From Spirochaetia bacterium UBA6919 (GTDB lineage: Bacteria; Spirochaetota; UBA6919), in the NCBI GenBank assembly GCA_002450905.1, contig DKAT01000070.1, positions 70,097 through 134,096 of the forward strand: DNA of 64,000 bases, read 5' to 3'. Below, piece by piece: positions 27,761 through 38,653 of the stretch (position 1 is the first letter of the stretch; every line of letters begins with the position of its first letter). The translations under genes were made by a program, and so were the position numbers. The notes under the pieces are model-generated. The model saw only the letters and a list, made by a program, of their open reading frames with translations. It was not told the DNA's origin and did no database searches.

Positions 27761-30700
27761 TTACTGAGGAATCAATACCTCGTCCTCGTCTTCATCAATA
27801 TTTTTAGACTTAAATCGGGATTGAATTTCATCAAACAGGTCATAAACCACGGGAACTACTATGAGAGTCAGAAACAGAGAGCTCATTAATCCACCAATAG
27901 TAGCAACAGCCATAGGAGCACGGCTTTCAGCCCCTTCACCTGTTGCGAGTGCTATAGGAAGCATACCAAATACCATTGCCATGGTAGTCATTAGGATAGG
28001 TCTAAGTCTCACAGGTCCTGCCTTTAAAATAGCTTCTTTACGCTCCATTCCCTGGTTTCTAAGGGTATTGGTATAGTCTACAAGCAGGATAGCATTCTTC
28101 TTCACTAAACCCATTAATAGAATAAGTCCAATATAACTGTAAATATTCAGGGTCATGTTGGCAAGATATAGAGCACCAAAGGCACCAATAAATGAAAATG
28201 GCATGGAGAGTAGAATAGTAAAGGGATGAATAAAACTTTCAAACTGGGATGCCAGTATCATATAGGCTAGGATGATTCCAAGGATTAATGCGAAATAGAG
28301 GTATTGGAAGGATTCAGACATCAGCTCAGCACTTCCCTTGTATCGACCCGAGTAACCGAAAGATAGGACATTTGATAGGATCTTATCCAATTCTTGTTTA
28401 GCTTGTCCAAGGGTCTTTCCTTCAAGATTGGCAAATAGAGTGATGGCTCTCTGTCGATCTACGCGATTTATGACATTGGGACCACCTGTTTCTTTAATGT
28501 CTATAATGTTTTGTAGTTTAATCAATCTGTTATCATTGGATCTTACGTAAATTTGTTCAATATCTTTTGGATCACTCCGATCTTTATGGAACAGCCTTAC
28601 GCGTACATCATACCGCCTTCCCTTCCTCTCATCCTTGTATTTCGTAATATCAACTTCTCCACCTATAAGGAAATTAATAGCTTCACCAATAGTTGCGGCG
28701 TTTATAGATAGATCAGCAGCTTTATCACGATTTATAAATACTCTTAGTTCTGGTTTACCCGATTTTAGTGAGGTATCAATATCTACAAATCCCTTTATCT
28801 TTCTGACTTCAGCTGATATTTTTTTTGTAAGATGCTCTAATACTTTCAGATCTATGCCTCTTATACTTAGTTGTATCGGCACCTGGCGTTCTTGTCCTTC
28901 ACCGGCAAAAGAGGTAACATCTTCAGCACTTGCTTTCAATCCTACAATATTATTTAGTTTCTTTCTTACAATAGATTTTAATTCATCCTGATATCTTTTA
29001 CGCTGAATCTTTGGGGTGAGTGTGACAAACATAGTCGCTTTGTTAATTTCACCCTGATTTGTCCCCAAACTATAGAATACAGATTTGACTTCCGGTAATG
29101 ATTTAAGATAATTCTCTACTTTATTAAACATTTTATCGGACTGATCGATGGAATAGTCAATAGGGGCCTCCAAACGAATTATAAAAGATCCCTGATCTTC
29201 AGGTGGAATGAGTTCTTTTCCGATAAAATTGGTGAGATAGAGGCTTAGTATGAATATAATAATGGTGCATGTGATAACAATTATTCTATGACGCAATGCC
29301 AAGTCAAGGGTCTTTCGGTACATATTTTCTAGTAAGAAATATGGTTTTTCAATGAGATCAGATATTTTACCAATCAATGTTTTATGGTAACTAGGGTCGC
29401 TATGATGTGTTCTTTTAAGGAATTTTGATGATAACATCGGTGTAAGTGTGAATGAAACAAATAATGAGAACATTACAGAGAAAACTACAGTGAGGGCAAA
29501 CTGTAGGAAAAATCGTCCGATCATCCCTTTCATAAAAGCCACAGGGAGGAATATAGCTACAACAGCCATTGTGGTTGCCATAACCGCTAAACCGATTTCG
29601 GATGTAGCTTTTGAAGAAGCTTCTTTTGGGGATAGACCTGTTTCAATATGCCTGTGGATATTCTCAATCACAATGATAGCATCGTCAATCAATATTCCAA
29701 TTGAGAGGGAGAGAGCTAGCATGGTCATATCGTTGAATGTGAAATTAAAGAAATATATCATATAGAATGTTGCTATAACAGATGTAGGGATGGCAAGGGC
29801 ACTAATAAGAGTAATACGAAAACTTTTTAAAAATAATAGAACAGCTAATGCAGCAAAGATTCCACCGTATATTAGATGTGTTTTTACTTCATTGATAGAA
29901 CGCTGTATAAATGTAGATTGGTCAAAACTAATGTCAATAGCCATTCCTGGTGGTAATGTTGTTTTTATGTTTTCCAGTTCTTTCTTTACTAATTTTATTA
30001 CAGCAACAGTATTTGTACCAGACTGCTTTTGAACACCAAGTGCCACAGTAGTTTTCCCATTGAAACGAGCGATGGACCTCTTCTCTTCCATAGAATCTTC
30101 TGCTCTACCGACATCTTGGATACGAATTGGCGTACCCTTGTCATATCCTATGATGAGTTCATTGAATTGTTGTGGGGATCGAAATTCTCCCTTGATTTTG
30201 ATACCGTATTCCTTTGTCTTACTTTCAATTCGTCCACCAGGTAATTCAATATTTTCTTTAGATAAGGCATTTGATATATCCTGAGCTGTAATTTGGTGGG
30301 CTGATAATTTATCAATACTAAGCCATATTCTAACTTGTCTGAGTCGAAGACCTGATAATTGAATAGCACCTACACCATTTATTCTTTGAATCTTGTTTTT
30401 AAGGACTTCATCAGCATAAGTTGATAGATCACGCACGGATTTTCGACCAGTTAGATTTAACCAGAGTATAGGGGTTGCGTCTGGATCGACCTTTTGGATA
30501 ATTGGCTCAAGGATATCTTTGGGTAGTAAGGAACGAATGGAAGAAACTTTTTCCCGGACATCTTGTACAGAAAGATCAATATTTCTCTCTAAGATAAATT
30601 CTATTGTGATAACAGATGTTTCTTCTGTACTACTTGAAGATATACTCTTGACACCGTTTATAGTATTTACAGCTTCTTCAATCTTGTCTGTAACATCAAT

Positions 30701-30880
30701 ATCCATGATCTCCGGGCTTGCACCTTTGAGTGTCGTTGTAATGGTGACCATTGGATAATCTACTTTCGGGTACAGATCAAGACCAATATCTGGGTAACTG
30801 ACAACACCAAGTATGACAAGGGATGCTATCATCATCGTTGCAAAGACAGGCCTTTTAATAGAAGTATCAGCTAACCACAT
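27761..30880 (-). CDS. RND efflux transporter permease (HAE1/AcrB family), pump 2
   Basis: 1039 aa, 12-TM architecture with two large periplasmic loops, and RND motifs throughout. About 60% identical to the upstream paralog. Confidence 0.9.
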   Translation of the reverse strand: MWLADTSIKRPVFATMMIASLVILGVVSYPDIGLDLYPKVDYPMVTITTTLKGASPEIMDIDVTDKIEEAVNTINGVKSISSSSTEETSVITIEFILERNIDLSVQDVREKVSSIRSLLPKDILEPIIQKVDPDATPILWLNLTGRKSVRDLSTYADEVLKNKIQRINGVGAIQLSGLRLRQVRIWLSIDKLSAHQITAQDISNALSKENIELPGGRIESKTKEYGIKIKGEFRSPQQFNELIIGYDKGTPIRIQDVGRAEDSMEEKRSIARFNGKTTVALGVQKQSGTNTVAVIKLVKKELENIKTTLPPGMAIDISFDQSTFIQRSINEVKTHLIYGGIFAALAVLLFLKSFRITLISALAIPTSVIATFYMIYFFNFTFNDMTMLALSLSIGILIDDAIIVIENIHRHIETGLSPKEASSKATSEIGLAVMATTMAVVAIFLPVAFMKGMIGRFFLQFALTVVFSVMFSLFVSFTLTPMLSSKFLKRTHHSDPSYHKTLIGKISDLIEKPYFLLENMYRKTLDLALRHRIIVITCTIIIFILSLYLTNFIGKELIPPEDQGSFIIRLEAPIDYSIDQSDKMFNKVENYLKSLPEVKSVFYSLGTNQGEINKATMFVTLTPKIQRKRYQDELKSIVRKKLNNIVGLKASAEDVTSFAGEGQERQVPIQLSIRGIDLKVLEHLTKKISAEVRKIKGFVDIDTSLKSGKPELRVFINRDKAADLSINAATIGEAINFLIGGEVDITKYKDERKGRRYDVRVRLFHKDRSDPKDIEQIYVRSNDNRLIKLQNIIDIKETGGPNVINRVDRQRAITLFANLEGKTLGQAKQELDKILSNVLSFGYSGRYKGSAELMSESFQYLYFALILGIILAYMILASQFESFIHPFTILLSMPFSFIGAFGALYLANMTLNIYSYIGLILLMGLVKKNAILLVDYTNTLRNQGMERKEAILKAGPVRLRPILMTTMAMVFGMLPIALATGEGAESRAPMAVATIGGLMSSLFLTLIVVPVVYDLFDEIQSRFKSKNIDEDEDEVLIPQ

Positions 30881-30948
30881 TGGTTTAATTCCTTGGACTT
30901 AAAGTAGAATTTGTGATTTTAGGATGACATTTTGAAATGGATTTCATT

Positions 30949-33900
30949 TTAATTGTCCTTTACAGATTGCTTTCTTAAGGATTTTACCCATTGAATCCCT
31001 GAATCGAATAGATCATAAACAACAGGAATAACAATTAGAGTTAGGAATAGAGAGCTGATCAGACCACCTATAGTTGTAACAGCCATAGGAGCACGGGTTT
31101 CAGCCCCTTCGCCAATACCAATAGCTATTGGAAGCATTCCAAAGATCATTGCTATAGTAGTCATTAAAATTGGTTTGAGTCGAACAGGACCTGCATGAAT
31201 TATAGCCTCTCTTCTTTCCATTCCCTGGGATCTTAGGGTATTTGTATAATCAACCAATAGAATAGCATTCTTTTTAACAAGACCCATTAATAGGATTAGC
31301 CCTATAAAACTAAATATATTGAGTGTCATTCCTGCAATTAAAAGAGCTGTAAAGGCTCCTATAAATGAAAATGGCATAGATAATAGTATAGTAAAGGGAT
31401 GAATAAAACTACCAAACTGGGATGCCAGTATCATATAAGCCATCACTATACCTAATACAATTGCAAACATGAGATATTGGAAGGATTCAGCCATTCGCTC
31501 TGATCTTCCCCTGAATTTACCAGTGTATTCCCTTGTAAGAACTTTACCCATAATTGATTTTACCTGTTCCATAGCCTCTCCAAGGGGCTTATTATCCAGA
31601 TTTGCATATAACATAATTGCTCTTTGGCGATCCGCACGGCTAATCAGATTAGGACCTCCCGTTTCTTTAATATCAACAATGCTGGATAGCTCTATGAGAC
31701 GACCATCATTTGAGCGTACATAGATATTTTTAATATCCAGTGGATTCATTCTATCTTTTTGATAAAGGCGCATACGAACATCATATCTTCTTCCCCGTTT
31801 CTCATCCTTATATTTTGTAACATCTACTTCTCCACCAATAAGGAGATTAATGGCTTCAGTAACTGTGGATATATTAACGCCAAGATCAGCTGCTTTATCA
31901 CGATTTACATAAACTCTCAATTCAGGCTTACCCTGCTGAATAGAAGTATCAATATCAACAAAACCAGGTATCTTCGATATTCGTTTAACGATATTATTTG
32001 TATGTTTTTGTAAAACTGTCAAATCAGGTCCTTTGATGTTTACCTGGACAGGAACTTGTCTTAAACCACCACCCAACATAGAAACATCTTCTGCAGTAGC
32101 TTTCAATCCAGTAATTGGAATTAACTTTAGTCTGATTTCCTTTTTTAACTGCTCTTGATTTTTTTTCCTTTGTGATTTTGGTATAAATGTGATATACATA
32201 GTTCCTTTATTAATGTCACCCTGGTCAAGCCCAAGTCCATAAAATGCAGTTTTAATCTCAGGAAAAGATTTCAGGTATTTTTCAACTCTTTTGAACATCT
32301 TATCTGATTCTTCTATTGAATAGTCGATAGGAGCCTCTAATCTGAGGATAATAGTACCTTGGTCCTCAGGTGGAATGAATTCTTTACCAATAAATTTTGT
32401 CATATACATACTGAAAGCGAAAATTCCAATAGCCAGCAACACTACAATTGCTCTATGTCTTAGAGCATATATCAATATATGTTTGTATACCTTTTCCATA
32501 ATTAAATAAGGCTTATCAAGCCAGTCAGATATTTGCTTCAGTCGCCATTTAATAGTTCCTGGGGTGTAATTATGTCTTATTTTAAGGAATTTTGCAGCTA
32601 GCATTGGTGTTAGTGTAAATGAAATTAAGAGTGAAACAGATACCGCGAAAACGACTGTTAGGGCAAATTGCATAAAGAATCTTCCAATCATCCCTTTCAT
32701 GAAACCGACTGGTAAAAATATTGCTACAACAGCAAGAGTTGTTGCCATAACAGCTAGACCTATTTCTGAAGTGGCAATCAGTGCCGCTTTTTTGGGAGGA
32801 ATACCCATTTCCATGTGTCGATGGATGTTTTCAATAACGATAATAGCATCATCGATGAGAATACCTATTGAGAGAGTGAGTGCAAGCATACTCATATTGT
32901 TAAATGTGAATTTAAAGATATAAATTATGAAAAATGTGGCAATTATAGAAGTTGGGATGGCTAGGGCACTAATTAATGTAATTCGGATATTTTTTAAGAA
33001 TAAAAATACAGCTAGTGCAGCAAAGAATCCTCCGTATACAAGGTGATGTTTTACCTCATTGATAGAACGTTTTATAAATACAGATTGATCAAAACTAATA
33101 CTAATTGACATTCCAGGAGGTAAGACTTTTTGTATATTTGTTAATTCTGATTTTATCCGATCTACAATCTCGACAGTGTTTGATCCAGACTGTTTTTGAA
33201 TACCAAGTGCAATGGCTGGTTCCCCATTGAAACGGGCAATAGACCTCATTTCTTCCTTAGAATCCTCTGCACGTCCAACATCCTTCAGTTTGACAGGAGT
33301 TCCATTAAAATAACCCAGGATAAGTTCATTAAATTCCTGAGGTGAATTGAATTCCCCTTTTACCTTAATGGAATATTCTTTTGTTTGAGTTTCTATACGA
33401 CCACCTGGCAATTCTACATTTTCCCGTTTGAGAGCACGAGCAACATCCTGAGCAGTGATTTTATATGCTGTGAGCTTAGTAGTGTTTAATGAGACTCTAA
33501 TCTGTCTTCGTCTTATACCGGCCATTTGAATAGCCCCTACTCCCTGTATCTTTTGTATTTGGCTACTCAGAATTTCATCGGCATAAGTTGAAAGATCACG
33601 AACAGATTTCCGACCAGTTAGATTTAACCAAAGTACTGGAACAGCATCTGGATCAACCTTCATAATAACTGGTTCCAGGATATCGGATGGTAACTGGGAT
33701 CGAATTATTGATATTTTCTCACGAACGTCCTGTACAGCTTGATCAATGTTACGTTCTAAAAAGAATTCTATGATGACAGCAGATTTTCCTTCTATACTAT
33801 TTGATGAAATGCTATTCACACCGTTTATTGTGCTAACAGCTTCTTCTATTTTATCTGTGATATCAACATCCATGATTTCTGGACTTGCTCCTTTAAGAAC

Positions 33901-34047
33901 AGTCGTTACAGTGACGACCGGAACATCTACCTTTGGGAATAAATCTACGCCTATACTTGGATAGCTTACAATTCCAAGTGTGACAAGGGATGCAATCATC
34001 ATTGTAGCAAATACTGGACGTTTGATTGAGATTTCAGCAAGTAACAT
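30949..34047 (-). CDS. RND efflux transporter permease, pump 1
   Basis: 1032 aa paralog of the downstream pump. AAGGGA RBS. Lies 4 nt after the fusion-protein gene. Confidence 0.9.
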   Translation of the reverse strand: MLLAEISIKRPVFATMMIASLVTLGIVSYPSIGVDLFPKVDVPVVTVTTVLKGASPEIMDVDITDKIEEAVSTINGVNSISSNSIEGKSAVIIEFFLERNIDQAVQDVREKISIIRSQLPSDILEPVIMKVDPDAVPVLWLNLTGRKSVRDLSTYADEILSSQIQKIQGVGAIQMAGIRRRQIRVSLNTTKLTAYKITAQDVARALKRENVELPGGRIETQTKEYSIKVKGEFNSPQEFNELILGYFNGTPVKLKDVGRAEDSKEEMRSIARFNGEPAIALGIQKQSGSNTVEIVDRIKSELTNIQKVLPPGMSISISFDQSVFIKRSINEVKHHLVYGGFFAALAVFLFLKNIRITLISALAIPTSIIATFFIIYIFKFTFNNMSMLALTLSIGILIDDAIIVIENIHRHMEMGIPPKKAALIATSEIGLAVMATTLAVVAIFLPVGFMKGMIGRFFMQFALTVVFAVSVSLLISFTLTPMLAAKFLKIRHNYTPGTIKWRLKQISDWLDKPYLIMEKVYKHILIYALRHRAIVVLLAIGIFAFSMYMTKFIGKEFIPPEDQGTIILRLEAPIDYSIEESDKMFKRVEKYLKSFPEIKTAFYGLGLDQGDINKGTMYITFIPKSQRKKNQEQLKKEIRLKLIPITGLKATAEDVSMLGGGLRQVPVQVNIKGPDLTVLQKHTNNIVKRISKIPGFVDIDTSIQQGKPELRVYVNRDKAADLGVNISTVTEAINLLIGGEVDVTKYKDEKRGRRYDVRMRLYQKDRMNPLDIKNIYVRSNDGRLIELSSIVDIKETGGPNLISRADRQRAIMLYANLDNKPLGEAMEQVKSIMGKVLTREYTGKFRGRSERMAESFQYLMFAIVLGIVMAYMILASQFGSFIHPFTILLSMPFSFIGAFTALLIAGMTLNIFSFIGLILLMGLVKKNAILLVDYTNTLRSQGMERREAIIHAGPVRLKPILMTTIAMIFGMLPIAIGIGEGAETRAPMAVTTIGGLISSLFLTLIVIPVVYDLFDSGIQWVKSLRKQSVKDN

Positions 34048-34051
34048 CTTG

Positions 34052-35164
34052 TTAATCCCTTGGTTTAATTAAATCATTTTGAGGATCGATTTTCACTACT
34101 ACGCCATCAGACAAGTTTTGTTGACCAACAATGACGATTTTCTCATTTTCTTTCAGACCTTCTGTAATTTCAATTACCTCATCATATTTATTACCCACTT
34201 TAACAAATCTTTCCTTTGCAGTTTTTCCTTGTATAGTAAACAATTTCACAAGATTATCTTCATAAGTCAGAGAAGTGATAGGAACAACAATAATATTTCT
34301 TGGATCACCAAGGTATAAAATAACTTTAGCAAAGAAACCAGGTTTTAAAATTCCGTATGGATTGCGTGTAAGGGCTTCAACTTGAACAGTACGTGTTTTT
34401 TCATCAAGATTTGGATAAATTACAGAGACTTGTGCGTGAAAATCTTTTTTAGGATAGGCACTTACCTTAAAAACGACATTCTGTCCAATACTGATAAGAC
34501 TAATATCTTTTTCTGATATATTGAAATTAAGTTTCAGAGGGTTATTATCCAATATAGTAAATAGCTCAGTACCGTTTCGAACATAATTTCCAGCTGATAC
34601 TTTCTTAGATTTTACGACTCCATTTAGAGGAGAAAAGATTTTAGTTTTAGAAAGTTTTTCCCGAGCGATTTCAAGGGCAACACGTGCTTTTTCTACTTCG
34701 TATTTTGATGTTATATACTGAGTTTTCACCTGATCATATTTTTGACGTGTAGTTGCATTGGAGTATAACAGGGTTTTTTCACGCGAGTATTCAATTTTAT
34801 CATTTTCCAGTTTAGCTTTGGCTTGCTGTAATATAACTTCAGCCTGATCAACAGATAGTTTATAATCTACAGGATTTATTTCCCCCAATAGAGTCTCCTT
34901 TGATACCAGTGTCCCTTCGTCTGCATTGACAGATTTTAATATTCCATCTATTTCTGCACTGACAGTTACAGTGTCATTAGGATTTAAAGTACCAGTAGCC
35001 TCAATATATGGTTTTAGTAGCTTTTTTTTAGCTAGCTGCACCTGCACACGAACTGATCTATCAATGATTTTTTTATTCATTTCCTTTTTTTTACAGTTCA
35101 GAATTGAAAAAATAACTATCAGTGAAATGAAACATAGCTTAGTATTTATTTTATATATACCCAT
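34052..35164 (-). CDS. RND periplasmic adaptor (membrane fusion protein, HlyD family)
   Basis: 370 aa. N-terminal anchor, coiled-coil hairpin region, beta-barrel/MP domain motifs. Confidence 0.85.
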   Translation of the reverse strand: MGIYKINTKLCFISLIVIFSILNCKKKEMNKKIIDRSVRVQVQLAKKKLLKPYIEATGTLNPNDTVTVSAEIDGILKSVNADEGTLVSKETLLGEINPVDYKLSVDQAEVILQQAKAKLENDKIEYSREKTLLYSNATTRQKYDQVKTQYITSKYEVEKARVALEIAREKLSKTKIFSPLNGVVKSKKVSAGNYVRNGTELFTILDNNPLKLNFNISEKDISLISIGQNVVFKVSAYPKKDFHAQVSVIYPNLDEKTRTVQVEALTRNPYGILKPGFFAKVILYLGDPRNIIVVPITSLTYEDNLVKLFTIQGKTAKERFVKVGNKYDEVIEITEGLKENEKIVIVGQQNLSDGVVVKIDPQNDLIKPRD

Positions 35165-35205
35165 AGACTTATTTAACCCTTATTATAAAGATATTTTTAT
35201 ATATT

Positions 35206-36579
35206 TTATTTTAAATACTCTCCCATTGAGTGAATTAAATTCAGTAAAGCTATATAGTAATTATATAACTCTTGATAGAAGGATAATTGAGTTTGAAAGT
35301 ATTGTAGTTCTATATCTCTATAGTTTAGATAGTCAAGAACTCCTGTTTGGTATTGTTTTGTAGAGATTTTAAAATTTTCTTTTGCCATATTAAAAATAGA
35401 TTGCTGTCGTTTTGCATCCCTCTGGGCTTCTTTAAGAGATAAATAATTTTGAGTAATCTCTTGTTTAATCTGATTTTTCATTGCTTGTAACTGGTAAAAA
35501 GTACTCTGAGCTTCATGATGAAAACCCTTTGCCTGACTTCGTGCCTTTGATTTTGGGAAAAGAAAATCTGTTAGTGAAAAACTCATCTGTATTCCAATTG
35601 AAAATGTAGTTGACATCTTATAATCCCCAAGTCCATAACCTTTTTGTGTTAATACAGTATTTTGAGTATAGTCTGACTGCACATTGCTAAATACACTAAC
35701 AACGGGTTTCCAGCCTGTATCAGATATATTTTGATTTAATTGGTTATTTTTCATTTGTATAACAAATTTTTTTACTTCTGGGCGATACCATTGTCCTATA
35801 TTAATAGCTTCTTCAAGGGTCTTTTGAAATTTAATATTTATTCTACCCAGATATTTTGAAAACTGTCCCTTGAAACTATGAGGGATTTCCTTATAATTTT
35901 TCACCGTATTAATTCCCATCAATGTGTATAAGTGATTTATTGAATTTATATAATTTGTAATAGATTTGTCTAATTGAATTTTATCATTTTGATATTGAAT
36001 ATTCACTCTGAGGAATTCACTTTTTAAGATTTTACCTGCTCTAAGATTCTTTTTCTGGTAATTTACAACATTTTTTGAAACCTGATAATTTTCATTACGG
36101 ACTTTCAACGCTTTCCAATTAAATAATACTGTGTAATAAGCAGTTTTAACATTCTTAACCAGATCATTTCGTGCCTGGAAGTAGTCTATTTCGGCTAATT
36201 GATAATTGTTTTCTGATATAGAAAGCTGGTCTGATAATTTACCAAAATTATATATGATTTTATTGATGCTTAAAGAAGTACTGAACTTATTCGGAGCAAC
36301 AGGAAGCCCTGGTTCAGGGGAAATATCCGTGTATGTATATTTCAAACCAAGATCAATACTGGGATAATAAAAATTTGCCTTGTATTCATATACATTCTGC
36401 CTACGAGCTTTCATTTTAAATATCGTACTTACCAAATTGGGATTTTTATTTAGGGCTATCAATACAGATTCTTCTAGTGTTAGAATGGGTTTTTTCTTAG
36501 TAATATTATTAAATATCTTTTTAGAATAGATAATCGAGTTAATACCAAGAATTATTATTAATATCAATAAGTATTTCAT
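35206..36579 (-). CDS. outer-membrane efflux factor (TolC family)
   Basis: 457 aa. Signal peptide, then two repeats of coiled-coil/beta-strand segments typical of OEP family proteins. Confidence 0.8.
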   Translation of the reverse strand: MKYLLILIIILGINSIIYSKKIFNNITKKKPILTLEESVLIALNKNPNLVSTIFKMKARRQNVYEYKANFYYPSIDLGLKYTYTDISPEPGLPVAPNKFSTSLSINKIIYNFGKLSDQLSISENNYQLAEIDYFQARNDLVKNVKTAYYTVLFNWKALKVRNENYQVSKNVVNYQKKNLRAGKILKSEFLRVNIQYQNDKIQLDKSITNYINSINHLYTLMGINTVKNYKEIPHSFKGQFSKYLGRINIKFQKTLEEAINIGQWYRPEVKKFVIQMKNNQLNQNISDTGWKPVVSVFSNVQSDYTQNTVLTQKGYGLGDYKMSTTFSIGIQMSFSLTDFLFPKSKARSQAKGFHHEAQSTFYQLQAMKNQIKQEITQNYLSLKEAQRDAKRQQSIFNMAKENFKISTKQYQTGVLDYLNYRDIELQYFQTQLSFYQELYNYYIALLNLIHSMGEYLK

Positions 36580-36626
36580 ATATTTTTATACCACGAATCA
36601 TTCTTCAATAATAGATATAATAAATT

Positions 36627-37115
36627 TCAATGATTTAAACCCTGTACTTTATTGATTATTTTCTGCATTAATGAAAGGAAAACATCTTGTTCATCCTCAT
36701 CGAGTGGCCGGAGCATATTTATACAAAAGTGCTTATCCCATTCCAGCTTAATTTTATATATATTGGCACCATTTTCAGTTAATTCCACACGAACAACACG
36801 CCGATCTTCTTCGGATCTAAACCGTCGTACTAAATTCTTATTAATTAGCTTATCAATGATCCCAGTCATTGTGCTCAAAGCTAATTTCATATAGTCGGCA
36901 ATCTCTTTCATCATACTGACAGAGGATTCTTGTTTTCCAAGATAACAGATTACCTGGATTTCCTGATAATTTATATCAAGATCCACTTCCGTCATACTGT
37001 TGAACTGGATTGTTCTGAGATTATAGACAAGTTGCTCAATATAACTCCTTAGTTTTTCAGCCTTCTCATCAAATGTCAACATGTGGTTACCATAACAATT
37101 TATTTCGGAATTCAA
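36627..37115 (-). CDS. MarR-family transcriptional regulator
   Basis: 162 aa winged HTH (QVICYLGKQESSVSMMKEIADYMKLALSTMTGIIDKLINKNLVRR). The ORF-track start at 37115 is TTG. ATG at 37081 is a plausible alternative start. Confidence 0.75.
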   Translation of the reverse strand: MNSEINCYGNHMLTFDEKAEKLRSYIEQLVYNLRTIQFNSMTEVDLDINYQEIQVICYLGKQESSVSMMKEIADYMKLALSTMTGIIDKLINKNLVRRFRSEEDRRVVRVELTENGANIYKIKLEWDKHFCINMLRPLDEDEQDVFLSLMQKIINKVQGLNH

Positions 37116-37315
37116 ACTATTCTGAATATAAAATAAATTTATTCTGTTGTCAATGAAATTGATAACTATTTATAAACTTTTTTATTTCAAATTACTATTG
37201 GATTTATAAAAGAAATATTAATTTTTTACAGCCTTTTTACATAGGAAACTATTTTATGTATTTTACAATGATGGGTTCTTGAATTTCTTTTTTATTATTA
37301 ATTTAATAGGTAAAT

Positions 37316-38653
37316 CTATTTTTTTATAAAGAATTTAAATATGTATTTCTTCATTTTTTCAGACCTTGCAAAATTTTTTATGGTCCTACCTGATTTACTC
37401 TTCTGATGGATATTGGCACCATATTTTACTAAAATATTCGCTATTCGAAATCGATTAAAATAGACAGCGTAGTGAATTGGGGTATGTCCTCTGAAATCAG
37501 CTCTATTGACATCTGCAGAGGATTTGATGAGGTATTTCGTGATTTTAATAAATCCTTTTTTAATAGCCAGATGGAGAGGGGTCATTTTTTTAGCAGTTAT
37601 GGCATTGACATCCGCTTTGTTTTTTAATAAGATTTTAACTACTTTATAATTAGCATCGAGGACTGCCAGATGGAGAGGGGTATATAAATCCTTTTTTGTA
37701 GTGCTTTTAAGATCTGCACCGTGTTGGATGAGGAGTTTTACAATAGTAGAATGACCTCTCTTCGATGCCCAGTGGAGGGGAGTCCACAAATCATTATCTG
37801 TCGCGTTCACCTCTGATCCATGTTTAATTAAATTTGCTGCAGTTTTATATAAACCCCTTTCAGATGCCCAGTGGAGGGGAGTCCAGCCTAGGCTATCCTT
37901 TGCGTTAATATTCGATTTATTTTCTATTAAGAGATTGACAATTTTATTATAACGACGTGCAACAGCTTCGTGGAGAGGGGTCCAGGCTTCTATATCGGTG
38001 TGATTGACGTTTGATCCAATTTTTATGAGGAATTTTACCGTATTAAAACGCTTATTACTTACGGCATAGTGGAGGGGCGTTTTTTTGTAGTGATCTTCTG
38101 TGTCTAAGGGGTATTTTATTTTGTGAAGATATTTTATGATACTTAAGAATCCCATTTTAGCGGAGAAATGGCTTATCAATTTTCCTTCGTTTGTTTTCAG
38201 GAGAGGATTTGCACCCTGTTGTATGAGGAGTTTAATTATGGGGAGATTTTTTTGTAAAACAGCTTCATGAAGGGGTGAATAACCGTTTGATGATTGGACA
38301 TTGAGATTTATTTTGTACTGAATGAGGAGTTTTGTGATTTTATCATTTTTTTTTCTTATGGAATAATGGATAGGGGTTTCCTTATGATATGATTTTGCGT
38401 TGGGATCGACATTTTTACTGAGTAGTAGAATAGCGATGTCGTCATGACCCATTAAAATAGCCCAGTGGAGTGGAGTTCTTCCGTTATCATCCCGTTGTTC
38501 CAGGTCGATTTTTGTTTTCAGAAGGTTATTTACTTCTTTAATATCTCCATTTTTTACTGTATTGATCAGGGTATTTGACCAGAGATGAGTTGAGAATACC
38601 GTTATACTAAGGATAATGAGAATTTTTAATATATTATTTCTTTTGTAGATCAC
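37316..38653 (-). CDS. ankyrin-repeat protein with signal peptide
   Basis: 445 aa, about 11 ankyrin units. Its start overlaps the stop of the upstream methyltransferase gene (ATGA). Confidence 0.8.
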   Translation of the reverse strand: MIYKRNNILKILIILSITVFSTHLWSNTLINTVKNGDIKEVNNLLKTKIDLEQRDDNGRTPLHWAILMGHDDIAILLLSKNVDPNAKSYHKETPIHYSIRKKNDKITKLLIQYKINLNVQSSNGYSPLHEAVLQKNLPIIKLLIQQGANPLLKTNEGKLISHFSAKMGFLSIIKYLHKIKYPLDTEDHYKKTPLHYAVSNKRFNTVKFLIKIGSNVNHTDIEAWTPLHEAVARRYNKIVNLLIENKSNINAKDSLGWTPLHWASERGLYKTAANLIKHGSEVNATDNDLWTPLHWASKRGHSTIVKLLIQHGADLKSTTKKDLYTPLHLAVLDANYKVVKILLKNKADVNAITAKKMTPLHLAIKKGFIKITKYLIKSSADVNRADFRGHTPIHYAVYFNRFRIANILVKYGANIHQKSKSGRTIKNFARSEKMKKYIFKFFIKK

